From assembly GCF_018350175.1 (NCBI RefSeq), contig NC_058368.1, positions 149,856,001 to 149,920,000 of the forward strand: a stretch of 64,000 nucleotides of DNA, in the 5' to 3' direction. The notes beneath the pieces are model-generated. The model was not told where the DNA came from. It made no database searches and saw only the letters and a program-made list of their open reading frames with translations. A program made the position numbers and the translations under genes. Positions within the stretch are counted from its first letter, which is position 1; each line of letters starts with the position of its first letter. This document shows, one piece after another, positions 11,858 to 24,559 of this stretch. Source of the DNA: Felis catus. Taxonomy: Eukaryota.

Positions 11858-14219
11858 GTCAGTGTTGTTTTTCTTTTTGCAATAATAAGCATTTTATTTT
11901 AAAATGCATTTTTGGTAGTATGTTTTATGCACATATTCATGCATTTAAAATTGGATAAAATTTAAAACTGCCATTATTCTGATTGTTTCAGAAAGTAAAT
12001 TGTAAGAGAATCACTTAGTTTTTATTTATGTTGTTTCTAGCCTTGGTGCCTTTTTGAGAATAGAAGGAGTGCTGGGGCAGAAGCCAAGTTTCAGTGGGTC
12101 AAGGAGTGAGTTTGTTGGAGGCAAAAGTGGAGACAGCAAAGATAAATCACAGCCGGGCTTACCTAGGTGAGCTTGGTAAATAAAATAAAAATGATGTCTA
12201 GAAGAAGATACAGGGCTAAGAGAGGTTTAAACTTTTTATTTCATTGTTTATTTGCCTATAGGCTTACGGGGAGAGAGTTTCGAGCACATGTGTATGCTCT
12301 GGGTAAAGCCACTAGTAAAGAGGAGAGTGGGTGAGATGTATTGGCAGTACCTGATGTACAAGGTCTTAGGGAAGGCAAGAGTGGTTCACATCTTCCACAT
12401 AAGAAGAAAGATTGGTCTTGAACAAGAGGGCCTGTTGAATATTAGCTGCTTAGTGCATAGGGTGATTGCTTAGTTTGTTTATTTCTTACACTTCCTGGAG
12501 AGTGTTGGGGAAAGCTTGTGGCAGAGGTTAGGAACAGGTATTTCGAAAGAGTGATTAAGAATTTTCCTGTGTGGAAAATGGAGGCACTGATACTTTAAGG
12601 ATATAAAGAAGGATTGTAAGAATTTTCAGTTACCCAAATAAACTTCCACAGTGTTTGGTTGTGTCTCTAGCTTCTCAATTTTCCCTCCTCCTAACACGTT
12701 AGTTTCAGATGGCTATACCTGCTAGTCATTACAGTTGCTGAGATGCGGCCATTATCTGATGCTTAATATTAATTCAAGAATCATCATCATCTTGTCATAC
12801 TTAATATAGCTTCATTCCTCATAGAATGCATGGTCCACGAGAGCAGGGATGTCGGGTTGTAGTTCCAGTGCCTAGAATAGTACCTGGCATGAGGTATTCA
12901 ACCATTGTTACTGAATGACTATGTGCTCCCCAGTTGGAAGACCACTCGCTTCACCCCCTCTGTATTATCACTGATGTCTCTTAATCTCATTGTGCTTGCT
13001 GCTGTCTTCATGTCAGCCCCTTCCTATAGGCCTGTGTAAACACTTCTAGTTGAAGATCCATCTCAAGTTTCACTTCCTTCTCGACACCTGCCTAATTACT
13101 GCAGTCAGCACTGATGTCCTGCTTTCTCTGGAAGTTCTGGCAGACATGGGCTGTTCACTGTACTTAACGAACATTAACACTAACTTGTTTTGTTTGTTTA
13201 TTTTAAATAACAAAGTATGGTACATGTTTTCTAGAAGCACTGCTCAAGGTCTTTTTTATTAGGGGTCAGAGGTGCTTTTACCTGCACATGACAGATTCTG
13301 CCACTGCATCCCATTGCTCTGTCCTGAATTCTGATTCACATTGGACGTTAGATTAATGATGGCTTTAATTTGTTTTAGAGGTCTACAGATTTTATTGTGT
13401 TGGCCTACAGATTAAGTCAGACTTTTCCCGTCTTGAAATTGTGCTTAGGATTTATTGAATTTTTTTAGAAAAAATTACTTTTTAGAATAAAAAAGCAATA
13501 AATTTGGCATCTAGTCAAACATCTAGACATGTAGACATCTAAATAAATTTAGAATAAATTTGACATGTAGTAAAATGTTTGTACCTAAGTTATAAGGTTG
13601 TTTTAAGAAATTACTTCATGTATACAGTCTGCCTCACGCTTGAGTTGCTGTTTAATTACTGAACAAACCCCAAATTGTTGTCCTTTGCAAAAGTGCCAAT
13701 CGATGCATCGGATACTTCAGAAATAACCAGTGCTAATTACAAGGCAGTTTGATTACTACATAACAATGATTAAATGCTATTTGAAGTCTATTTTGGGGGG
13801 CCTGGAATAAAAGTAAGTTACTGTCGAAGTTTGGGAATCTTGATACTTATCTATCCTTCCCAGCAGGATTCTATAAGAGAACAGAAAGGGGAGTAATCTT
13901 TTTATATTGAAAAACTGATTAGCTCCCTCTCCCTAAGGGGACTCTGCATACCCTCACCCAGAGTAAGATGCTGGAACAGAAAGAGTAGAATCCTAGCTAA
14001 GTCTGCTTACTTTGTGGAGCTAACACTTCTCAAGACAGACACTAGAAGAGAAGGAGCCTTTTGAGACAATGCAGCCCACAAGAAAATAGCCAACATTTTT
14101 TAAGCACTATGTTTTAGACACCGTTCTTAAATGTATTAATTTAATTTTTTCAACAACTTGATGATGTTGCGACTGTAAGACAGGGAAATTCAGACTGGAG
14201 AAGATAAGTAAATTATTTA

Positions 14220-14970
14220 GGGCGTCAAGTTATTCTTGACTCTTCTTTCTCTCCTATGCTTTGTATCCATACTGTCAGGAACACCATGCTGCCTCTGCCT
14301 TCCAAATAAATCTAGAACATGACCACCATCAGAATCTGACTTTCATCTCCCTGTTTCCACTTTCACCCCTTAACACTGAATAATTGTCAGAGGGATCCAC
14401 TTAAATTGTGAGTCAAATCATTTCACTCCTCTCTTTAATATTTGCATATGTTCTACATTTCATTCAGAGTGAAAGCTAAAGTCCTTACAGTGGCCTGTCA
14501 GACTCTTAGATGGTCTCTCTTTGGTTCTCTGAACCTGTCTCTTTCTGCGATCCTTCTCTCTCACTTGTGTTTGTTTACTCATGCTTGCTTCTCTGCTATT
14601 TTTTAGAATATGCCACGCTCTTTCCTGTATTAGGATCTTTACTTCAGCTGTTTACTCTGCCCACAATGTTTTTTTAATCAAATATCCACTTGCCTCATTC
14701 TCTTATTTCTTTCAGGTTTTGCTCAGAAGTTAGCTTCACAGTGAGACTTGCCTACACACCTTATTTAATACTGCTACTCGCCCTTACCGTGTAAAGCACT
14801 TAACAAAAGCACTTAACATTTATTAACTTATGATTTATTTGTTATGTTTATTATCTTTCCTCATTAGAATATAAGTTCTCTGAGGATAAGGATCTTTGGT
14901 TTGTTCACTGATGTATCTCAAAAACTAGAGCAGTACCTGGCACTCCACACACATTTATTGAATTAAATGT
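14220..14970 (+). mobile_element. LINE-2 3' fragment
   Basis: CT-rich L2-like body ending ...tagaatataagttctctgagg...agtacctggca...catttattgaatt. Confidence 0.7.
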
Positions 14971-16484
14971 GACGGAGCATTTAAGACTTCTCCAGAAGTG
15001 TGCAGAGAGTAGGCCCTGAAGCTTCCCTCTTGTCATCTAGTGTTTTATTGGAACTTGGAAAGTGAATTTGTGTTCTTGGTCATAGTGTCATCTAATTTAT
15101 TAGAATCCTTTGGGAATTGTAAATTAGTATATCAGTCCCTGCCGTAATACAATTTAGAAAAAACCTGTAGAGATTGTCTGGAAGTCATATGTTTAAATCT
15201 TAATATTAGTTATACATCGTAAATAACTAACTACAACAGTGCCCCGTTCCATAGCCAATACTAAATATTATCATTATTGAAATAAAAGACTGATAAGTAC
15301 AAATCTATATAACCAGAACGTAGTCATTACTCTTTATCATCTGGGTCCAGTGTATCCTTTTAAATTTTTAATTCTGAAGTCATTTTATGAATAATTCTTA
15401 GAAGTAGGAATAAAGGTATAGTGCAAAAAAAGTTACTAAAAAATTCATTAAGAATTTAAACATAGCAAACTCGAATATTTTTCTGAATTTCCTTGGTTAT
15501 AAAGGCTTACATACTTGAAATAGGCAGCTAACTTAACCTACTGTCATGTGTGGACCTGGATATTTCCATCTTGTAAATCCTAATTCCAGATTTCATCTCT
15601 AATCAATTAGAGATGCAGTACATCTCTAATCAACTCTTGCCTATAATTACTCTGATTCTTCTTCCCACACTTTCACGGTCAGAATCTGATACTGATTCCA
15701 GATGTAAATATCGCTCTATGGGTTTTAGTTTGTGATTCTTGCTGGTTTGTCATGTACTTGAATGATCAAATGGAATATACTTTAAAAACTTTCGGATGGC
15801 TTATAGTTTTGTTGGTAGACTACAGTGTTCTCGACTCCATAAAGGTAAAATATTTTCCTGTTTAGATTTATAAACATCAATTACAATGATAAATATGGTG
15901 AGTTTAAAAAATTCTACAGTTACCTGTGGTTACAAAGTACCTTTTGTGTGCTTAAAATTACCTTAAGTAAATCTTGGTGCACAAACATAAACATTTAAAA
16001 AGCCCTTATTTCTTAAGATCAAAACAGAGCAATCTAGATTCTTGTCACAAAATATTGCATGATGACATCCTTCCTACTAAATGATTGACTAGATAAAAAC
16101 ACCATATTTCCTTTTTTTCTCTCTTAGAAATGTATGATTTACTCAGTGTTTCTTGAGTTTGATAAAGTTCACCGAGGATACTATCATCTTCTCAAAAATC
16201 AATTTTATCATCACAGTAGATCCCAACGTGCTGCTGCCTCTTGGCATTCATCTTAATCTTTCAATAATTGTCAGACATCTTCTCATGTCAGGTTTTCCTC
16301 TTTGCTAATATGAGCAGAATATTAGGAGTTCTGGGCCATGTTCAGTGAAAGCTAATATAAAGATAACCTAGATGGTCTTACATACTTTTTTGAAAGATGC
16401 TGCAACACTTGGCAGCACAGTCAAAAGACAACAACAAAGGGTGAGGCAACAGAGATGATTGATTTCACTCTTGCATCATCCTCT

Positions 16485-16718
16485 AAGCCAAACAGTTGGC
16501 AAACTGTTTTGTAAAGGGCCAGATTATAAATATTTTAGGTTTTGCAGGCCATTGAGTCTCCATCTCTACTGCTGAAGTATGCCTTTGTAGTGTGAAAGCA
16601 GCTACAGACAAAACATAAAGGAATGTGCGTGGCTATGTTTTGATAAAACTTCATGTCCAGAAACAGGCAGTGGGTTGGATTTGGCACAGGGGCCATGGTT
16701 TGCCAACCCCTACTCTTT
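16485..16718 (+). mobile_element. MER58-type non-autonomous hAT-Charlie DNA transposon
   Basis: Termini ttggcaaact...gtaaagggccag and tttgccaacccct; recalled consensus similarity. Confidence 0.8.
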
Positions 16719-17099
16719 AGCATACTTGGGAGTTAATTGCTGAATAATGATGAAATGGTTTATAAGATGATGAGATAGCAGAATGTTTCAAGATATGGGA
16801 AGAATAAGATTTGTGAAAATCTCATATCTTAGATTTCTAAAAAGATCATATGGACCCATAAGGTCTCTTAGAAAAAAAGTCATAAAATCTTAAGCCTAGC
16901 AAATATTAAGAAGTGCTCAACAAAGAAACTAAAAACTGAAATTGAGTCCAGTGGGTCCCAGTAGTAATATTGATGATTGATTTATTTTGGAAAGATCATT
17001 ATAAAGACACTATATTCTTCCTGACATCAGAATTAATTTTGTTATTTGGGAGGATTTAGCAGTTAAGACACATGCATGCATTCCTGTAAGTCAAAGAGT

Positions 17100-17640
17100 T
17101 ATGTAAAACCATGAAATAAAAGTTACAAGGTTTTGGGAAAGTGACGTTAGGGGTGTAACACTCAAAAACCTCATCAGTAACACATACAGATGAGACGGTA
17201 ATAAAATGTAACACAGTTTTTATATGTGCTAAATGGTTCCAAGATATTTACTACAATAAATATGGTACTTTACCTTGAAAAAGACATGAGGTTTACTTGC
17301 GTTAAGAGGCCATCAGAAGGGTTGTGAATATTGTAAAGTGGTAGGAGAACTATTTGAAATCAGATGGCGTAATATCAGGTGTGGATAGATGGGTAAGGCA
17401 TATAGCGCTTGGCGAACTGAGAGGGCTGTTAGTACTTGAGGTGTGTTTTGTATACTCCCGTGCATCTCATTTCAGCTGTGTGCAGTTTTCTGCATTCGCC
17501 TAGTGATTCTCGCAGATGTAACTGCATCAGCAACCATGAATTTGGTTCTGCTTAAATTGTTTCCTAACTTAGCAGTTCTGTTGGGACAAAGTCATGTTTT
17601 CAAAACAGTGTTATTTGCTGTAACACAACAAAACTGTATT
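17100..17640 (+). mobile_element. Tigger13-like TcMar-Tigger fossil
   Basis: ttcagctgtgtgcagttttctgcattcgcctagtg...catgttttcaaaacagtgttat...actgta resembles the recalled Tigger13a 3' end; 5' boundary uncertain. Confidence 0.65.
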
Positions 17641-17831
17641 TTTGAAAATTTCTTTGAAAAGCAAAGGATCTCTGAATATAGGTGTTAGTGTTATTTTAAA
17701 TTTTAGCATTAAAACCTTTTTTAAATGTCTAGATAGACAAGCACCCTGGCTTTTAATTAGTAATCAAGTAGGTTTTGCTTAATTTCCATCAAGAATTCAT
17801 GAAATAATTTTTAATATTTTTAAAAATTCAG

Positions 17832-17952
17832 GATCAAGAACAAGTACTCAGTGATACAGTGGATGGCAAGGAAATCTATAATACGATTCGTCGAAAAACA
17901 AAGGATGCCTTTTATAAAAATATTGTTAAAAAAGGTTATCTTCTGAAAAAGG
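17832..17952 (+). CDS. RASA1: RASA1 exon 10 (121 nt): DQEQVLSDTVDGKEIYNTIRRKTKDAFYKNIVKKGYLLKK
   Basis: aattcag|GATCAA...AAGG|gtaagt; contains the DTVD/G caspase-3 site and the EIYN tyrosine known in p120GAP. Confidence 0.97.
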
Positions 17953-18219
17953 GTAAGTGTTAACTTTAAGACTAAAGATTAAATTTCAGTATTTTACCAT
18001 TAATATTTAGTAGAAACATTGCAAATATTGGGCATAAAAATTCCCATAGAGATTTGTATTTAATAAGTTGTTTTGACACGAATTATTATTTAGTAATTGA
18101 CCATTGTTTAAAGCTTTTATGTAAGGATCCTTCAAAATGTAGAGTTTAGGTGTATTACATCAACATGCCCCAGCAGAGTTTCATGAAACAGGCTTCCATA
18201 TTTCCAAGTGTATCTTTTA

Positions 18220-18449
18220 TTTATTTTTTTTTTTAATTTTTTTTTTCAACCTTTATTTATTTTTGGAACAGAGAGAGACAGAGTATGAACGGGGGATGGG
18301 CAGAGAGAGAGGGAGACACAGAATCGGAAACAGGCTCCAGGCTCCGAGCCATCAGCCCAGAGCCTGACGCGGGGCTCGAACTCACAGACCGCGAGATCGT
18401 GACCTGGCTGAAGTCGGACGCTTAACCGACTGCGCCACCCAGGCGCCCC
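18220..18449 (-). mobile_element. Young felid CanSINE (SINEC_Fc type)
   Basis: Perfect 17-bp TSD TCCAAGTGTATCTTTTA at 18203-18219 and 18450-18466. Confidence 0.95.
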
Positions 18450-18588
18450 TCCAAGTGTATCTTTTAAATCTTAAAGTCAGTTCCAGTGCAAGGTGTTGGA
18501 TTCTTTGCCCTCTCTCCACCCCATACTTCATTATTATTTTTCTTTTTTAAGAGAAACTTTTTTGATACTTGTCACACTCATTGTTTCC

Positions 18589-18775
18589 CTTTTTTTTTTA
18601 ATTTTAAGTTTATTTAGTTATTTTGAGAGAGAGAGCATAGGCACATGAGCTGGGGAGGGCAGAGAGAATCCCAAGCAGAGCCTGACATGGGGCTCAAACT
18701 CATGACCCATGAGATTGTGATATGAGCAGAAATCAAGAGTCAGATGCTTAACTGACTGAGCCATCTGAGTGCCCC
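18589..18775 (-). mobile_element. CanSINE (older, internally deleted)
   Basis: Reverse head ...gagccatctgagtgcccc, T-tail. Confidence 0.8.
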
Positions 18776-19163
18776 AAACACATTCACTGTTTTGATGTTT
18801 CTGTTTTATAGATTTGCCTCAATTTGACATAAAGAAATGTCACAGGGTTGGTTGTTAGGGGTGTGGTAGAAGAGTTTTTTTCTTACGACTAGAAAAAAAT
18901 TACACCTAAGCAAGAGTTTTAAAGATTTTATCTTAATGAAATCTCCAGAGATGTAGTTCAGGTAATTTTGTCATTTACAAGGCATTTTTCTACAGATAAA
19001 TTGAGACATTTTTTCATTTTATAAGGATTGGTGTGTTATTGAAGCTTTGGAATAAAAATGGAAACATGATTTTTATATTTAGCAATAATGATTTTTATGA
19101 CTTAATATATATATCACTTAATAGTTTATTATTTGGCTAATGGGAAACATTTTTTTTTAACAG

Positions 19164-19320
19164 GCAAAGGAAAACGGTGGAAGAATTTATATTTTATCTT
19201 AGAGGGCAGTGATGCCCAACTTATTTATTTTGAAAGTGAAAAACGAGCTACAAAACCAAAAGGATTAATAGATCTCAGTGTGTGTTCTGTCTATGTTGTT
19301 CATGATAGTCTCTTTGGCAG
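19164..19320 (+). CDS. RASA1: RASA1 exon 11 (157 nt), PH domain: KGKRWKNLYFILEGSDAQLIYFESEKRATKPKGLIDLSVCSVYVVHDSLFG
   Basis: ttaacag|GCAAA...GGCAG|gtaaga; overlaps ORF 19133..19324. Confidence 0.97.
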
Positions 19321-21034
19321 GTAAGAAATTGGTTTCCTATTTCTTTTTAGAATTGTTTTAATAATAAAACAGGTGGATGTGTTCAGATCATTTTTCAAAA
19401 CCTAGCCAACTGATTCTGTGAGTCCTAAAATCATCTTAAAATGTCAGATTTACTTTGTAGGGTAATTTCTGTCTTCCTTATTTATTTTAGACTAACCTGT
19501 GCATGAAATTCTACTCTTGTATTACATAGAAATCTTTGGAATGACACTTCCTTTAGTAAAACATAACCTGCATAAGGCATGTTTCCTCCCTGCCCCACCA
19601 CCAGTCTTTTGAGTGACTGACTTTGAGTCTTGTCCTCTTTCCTATTGTATCACATTCCCTCTGAACTCACTGCATCTGATAGTCCTAAATACACTCAGTT
19701 GTACTATTAGCTTGATAGGCCTGTTCCTAAAAAATGTGATATTAAGGAACAATTTTAATATAAAAATAATTGCTTCCTAGGAAACAGGAGAGTACTTCAG
19801 ATTTGGAGTTGAAACATTTTTTTTTACATTAATTTCAGAGCTTTTCAAAAAATAAATATAAATGTATAAGCTAAAGGTGTATCCTGGACATCAAGGCAAA
19901 TCCAGCTCTTGATTACGTCTAGTTTTTTGATTAGGAACCCTGGCCTTTCTTTACCTTTCCCCATCAGTATTACTAATAATCCATTCTGGAGCCTTTTTAG
20001 ATGTATGTATCATTTTCATTATTTACTGTTACTAATAAAACACAAAGCCGTTAAAACAAATGGTTTTTACAACTTTTTTTCTGCTGGAGGATGGCATTTC
20101 TAGTAAGCAAGTCTAGCTTTATCTTATTTAAGTTGAGAAAAGTTCATGTAGAGCATATGGCTTTGTCATTTCTTCTTTCCAAACTGGGTTTAGGAATAGT
20201 GTTATTGTGTAATTTTAATTATAGACAAATTAATAATTAAAAATTTAGTCATTTTTTTTAAATGGTCAAGGTTTGAGAAATGCTGACTCAAACAGATAGT
20301 TTATCTTTATAACAGGGCTTTTTGGCGCCTTAGCCCAGTGTTTCTGTTGTGAATCAGTCACTAACAGGGAAATATAATATGAAGTATTTTCATGAATCCT
20401 TTGGACTTTTGATAACTCCTCCCACATTTTTTTTTTAATTCCTAGTATTTCATAAAAACAGCTATTGCAAAAAAACAAACAATAATCTTTTGGGTAAGAT
20501 AGGATTTCCTAAGATTCTCCCCCCACCCCTTAACAGTATGGAATCTTGGCCTTCAGGTGTGGTTAGATCAGACTTCTGGCTCTTTTTCTGTTCAGCTTTC
20601 CCCTCTGTTTGCCTTTGTGTGTGCTGAATTCTTTGTCACAAAACATGGTAGCATAGTGGCATATGGTACCCAGACAAAGGAAAAGTAAGCATTCCCTCCA
20701 GTAATGATTGAAAATCCTGAGAATGCTCTATTGAGCCACCTCTCAATCAGTCTGGAGTGGGATTACCTTCATAAACAGGGGCCATCGGGTGCCAAAGTCC
20801 TGTTGCTGAAGATGATCACATCCAAATAGTGAGGCTGCTATGTATTCTCTGTGGGAGAGGGAAACGCATGTTGGGGAGACAGTCACACTATTCACTACCA
20901 GTCACTGTTCCCAATTAGTGCTGTGAATAGTTCCCAGAGGGAAGAGATTTTGAGGACAAGCTTATTGAAATAAGTAATATGAAATAGGTGGCTCTTAAGC
21001 CGAATCTTAGAAGATGGGTATAAATTCATTTAGA

Positions 21035-21262
21035 GGGGCGCCTGGGTGGCGCAGTCGGTTAAGCGTCCGACTTCAGCCAGGTCACGATCTCACAGTCCGT
21101 GAGTTCGAGCCCCGCGTCAGGCTCTGGGCTGATGGCTCAGAGCCTGGAGCTTGTTTCCGATTCTGTGTCTCCCTCTCTCTCTGCCCCTCCCCCGTTCATG
21201 CTCTGTCTCTCTCTGTCCCAAAAATAAATAAATGTTGAAAAAAAAATTAAAAAAATAAATAC
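21035..21262 (+). mobile_element. Young felid CanSINE (SINEC_Fc type)
   Basis: Perfect 15-bp TSD ATAAATTCATTTAGA at 21020-21034 and 21263-21277. Confidence 0.95.
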
Positions 21263-21576
21263 ATAAATTCATTTAGACAGTTAGATCAGAGCTTCCCAAC
21301 TAGCGTGCTGCAAATTGGTTGAGATACTGGTGGTTGTAAAATGTTACCGTAATAAAAATATTAAATGTTTTGTATCTCAAAATCTATACAACTTGAAATT
21401 ATGACTTCTTTTATAAACTGTTTTAACTCATTATTTTATTTTGGCAAAAGAACTGGCACATAACACTTGTGGACCAAAAAGCTCTCTGCAGTGGCACACA
21501 CTTGGATACTTTCCTCTGAGTTTTTTCTTAAATCACCCATTTACTCTGAATGTTATTATATTCGTTTTTTTCTTAA

Positions 21577-21785
21577 TTTTTTTTAACATTTATTCATTTT
21601 TGAGACAGACAGAGCATGAGGTGGGGAGGGGCAGAGAGAGAGAGGGGAGGAGACAGAATCTGAAGCAGGCTCCAGGATCTGAACTGTTAGCACAGAGCCC
21701 GACACGGGGCTCGAACTCAAGGACCATGAGATCATGACCTGAGCCGAAGTCGGTTGCCTAACCACCTGAGCCACCCAGGCGCCCC
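21577..21785 (-). mobile_element. CanSINE (SINEC)
   Basis: Reverse head ...ccacccaggcgcccc; TSD-like tattcgtttttt on both sides. Confidence 0.9.
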
Positions 21786-22135
21786 TTATTTTATTCGTTT
21801 TTTTGTTGTTGTTGATCATCATTGAAGTTACTTTTTGTGTCAGTGGTAAAACTTAGTTTCATTTTGTATTTTACATTTACACTTTTTTTCTGTTAACACA
21901 GAAGTTAACCTTACATTTACTGTAAAATATATAAGGGAGTTTTAAAAAAAATAACGAGATTTTTTTTTCATTGTTATTTATGATTGGCTTTAATGTATAG
22001 ACAGTTATGCCACCATAAAGGGCATTTTGGTGATTACAGTTGGAAAGTCATTAAATTCACAAGATAAAAACAGTAGCCTTAATTTTAAATAATGCAGCCT
22101 ATTAATTAGGCCTCTTAAGAAATGTATTAGGGTCA

Positions 22136-22352
22136 GAGGCTCCTGGGTGACTCATTTGGTTAAGTGTCCAACTCATTTTCAGCTCAGGTCATGATCTCAC
22201 AGTTCATGAGTTCCAGCCCCACATCAGGCTTTGTGCTGACAGCATGGAGCCTACTTGGGATATTCTCTCTCTCTCTCTCTCTCTCCCCCTCCTCCACTTG
22301 TGTGCATGCTCTCTCTCTCTCTCTCTCTCTCAAAATAAATAAACTTTAAAAA
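22136..22352 (+). mobile_element. CanSINE (older) with (CT)n tracts
   Basis: gaggctcctgggtgactca head, A tail. Confidence 0.85.
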
Positions 22353-22519
22353 ATGTATTGGGATAACTAAAGCCAATACAGCTTCTCATCGTCAGCCTAA
22401 ATATTTTGCATTTACTACTAAATAAAAGCTTTCCCCCCTCTATTTCCCCTCCCAATCCCCTCCCCTCCATAGATCTGTTCCTATGGTAGCATTTTATTTG
22501 GGAAGTTTTCTGGGAACTC

Positions 22520-23800
22520 TTGCAATTAATAGCTAAAGCTAAAGCCAGAATGCTTCACACAGAGTTGGAGTATTTGCTTGTTGAATCAGTGTGCATGGAA
22601 ATTGGCAATTTTATGTTTGAAGCCAAAAAGCAAAACAACTAGAAGAGATACCATTTTCAAATAGTATTTGATTGTGTTCAGATAGTATTATCAGTAAATG
22701 CATTGGTGGGTGTATCAAATAATAGAGTCTGTATACAGATCCAGAGGTGACATTTTCACTACAGACTGATGAATCTGCAAACATTAGAGAAATACTTGGA
22801 AGTACATTGTTGGCTACTCAAAGGATTACCAAAGAAATTGCTGAGGATAAAGTATTTAAAACAGTAAATTAATTTATATCTTCTGCAAGAAGATCTTGCA
22901 GAAATAGTATTTAAGTTTATGATCGGTGATGAAGCTTCATGATAGGAACATTTAAAGATTTTTACATCAAAAACTCATTCTGGAAAATAAGCAATACAGA
23001 GAGGCTCTTATAGTAGAAGTCTGTCTTTGGACCTGAATTCCATGCTAAATAGTATAAAATGGAGTCGTATAAAACCCAAGCTGCTTCAGCTGCACATGTT
23101 TTCAGCTTTATGAGAGGAAAGAGGATCAGAATACCACTCTGCTGTTTGAGACCAGAGTCTGTAAGTCATCCAGAAGAAGAGTTTTGCTGAAGTGTTATGA
23201 TCTATGAGAAAAATCTTCTTGGTGAATGATTCCCACTTTACAGATTAGTTGAAGAATGGATAAACTTCCTCAAAATTAGAAGTAGAACACAAAAGTATAA
23301 TAATATGTTCTGATAGCTTATGGATTCAAAGCAGAAATTCAACTTTGGAAAAATGAGGTTAAAAATGACTCCCTATTGCTATGTATAATTTCAGTAATAA
23401 CCTTAAAGAATTATTAAGACAAAGAAAGCTACATCTGTGTAAATTTGGGGAAAAGCTGTACCATTATTTTGATGTACTTTCTATGAACAGGTGCAAATGG
23501 ACTGAAAACCAGTTTGCAGTATCAAAAAGAAAGGTTAACATTACACTTGCCAATTAAAGGAATGACTGCTAGAGTTAAGGAAAGACTATCTTTTAATGCA
23601 ATTTAAAGAGACTAAATTATTCCTGTTACGGTTAATATTAAGAATGGAGTTTCAGGTAGTAGAAGAGCAGTAAATACACATTTTCCATTTGCTGCAAGAT
23701 CACAGCTTGCTTCTTGTACAAAGTTTCTTGGCGAAGGTGGCTTTTAAGAATTTGAAGATGTTGTATTTAATGAGACCGAGTCTAAACGTGGTATGAAAAA
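22520..23800 (+). mobile_element. Fossil hAT (Charlie/Buster-type) transposase coding region
   Basis: Frameshifted segments in the correct order: LIAKAKARMLHTELE, EEIPFSNSI, FSLQTDESANI, YREAL, LLFETRVCKSSRRRVL, WTENQF, FLGEGGF. Confidence 0.8.
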
Positions 23801-23848
23801 GTTATGTTCATGGGAACTTAGGTACGTCTTTTATTTTAAAGAACTGAG

Positions 23849-24072
23849 TTTTTTTTTTCAATTTTTTTTAATGTTTGTTTATTTTTGAGAGACAGAGATA
23901 GAGCACGAGCAGGGGAGGGGCAGAGAGAGAGAGGGAGACACAGAATCTGAAGCAAGCTCCAGGCTCCGAGCCGTCAGCACAGAACCCTACACGGGGCTCG
24001 AATTCATGAACTGTGAGATCATGACCTGAGCCAATGTCAGACACTTAACCGACTGAGCCACCCAGGTGCCCC
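23849..24072 (-). mobile_element. CanSINE (SINEC)
   Basis: Reverse head ...ccacccaggtgcccc; TSD-like ctga(g/a)ttttttt. Confidence 0.9.
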
Positions 24073-24559
24073 TGAATTTTTTTCAAAGTATGCCAGCTTA
24101 CCATCATCAACTTTATTTTGGGGGGCCTTACTGTGAAATAGTTGGGCAGCACCAAGAAAGAATGGATGCCAAGAAAAACATCAGCAATATCAAGGAAATG
24201 AACAGACACTTCTACCAGATAGTAGGACTAGTGAAAAAGAGGTTGATACCAGATTTTGTATCCTGGAATGCAAATCTGATAGTACAAAAGGGGAAATTGT
24301 GGATGAATGCAGCAATTTTTTTCTTTAAAATACATGGTTAACACTGAACGTTTCTTGCTTTGGGTATGGCTAGAAGCCTGTACACTGACCTGTGGCTTGT
24401 TCGTGGAATGGAATGTGAAAGTTAACGACAGCCTCTGTAGTAGAGGTGAACTGTGCATGTTTTCCTAAACTGCTTTAGCTGCACAGCTATGTGGTTTTTC
24501 CAGATCATTTTCAATATTATGAGGTCTCTAAGCATTCTATTTCTTTATATCAAACTTCT

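Noticed and set aside
21014..21238. Recurrent ORFs reading GAPGWRSRLSVRLQPGHDL... (also 26485-26700 and 59393-59614; 7404-7589 shares the later RLWADGSEPGACF part) that look like a small gene family
   Set aside because: They are translations of SINEC_Fc copies with TSDs and A tails, not genes.
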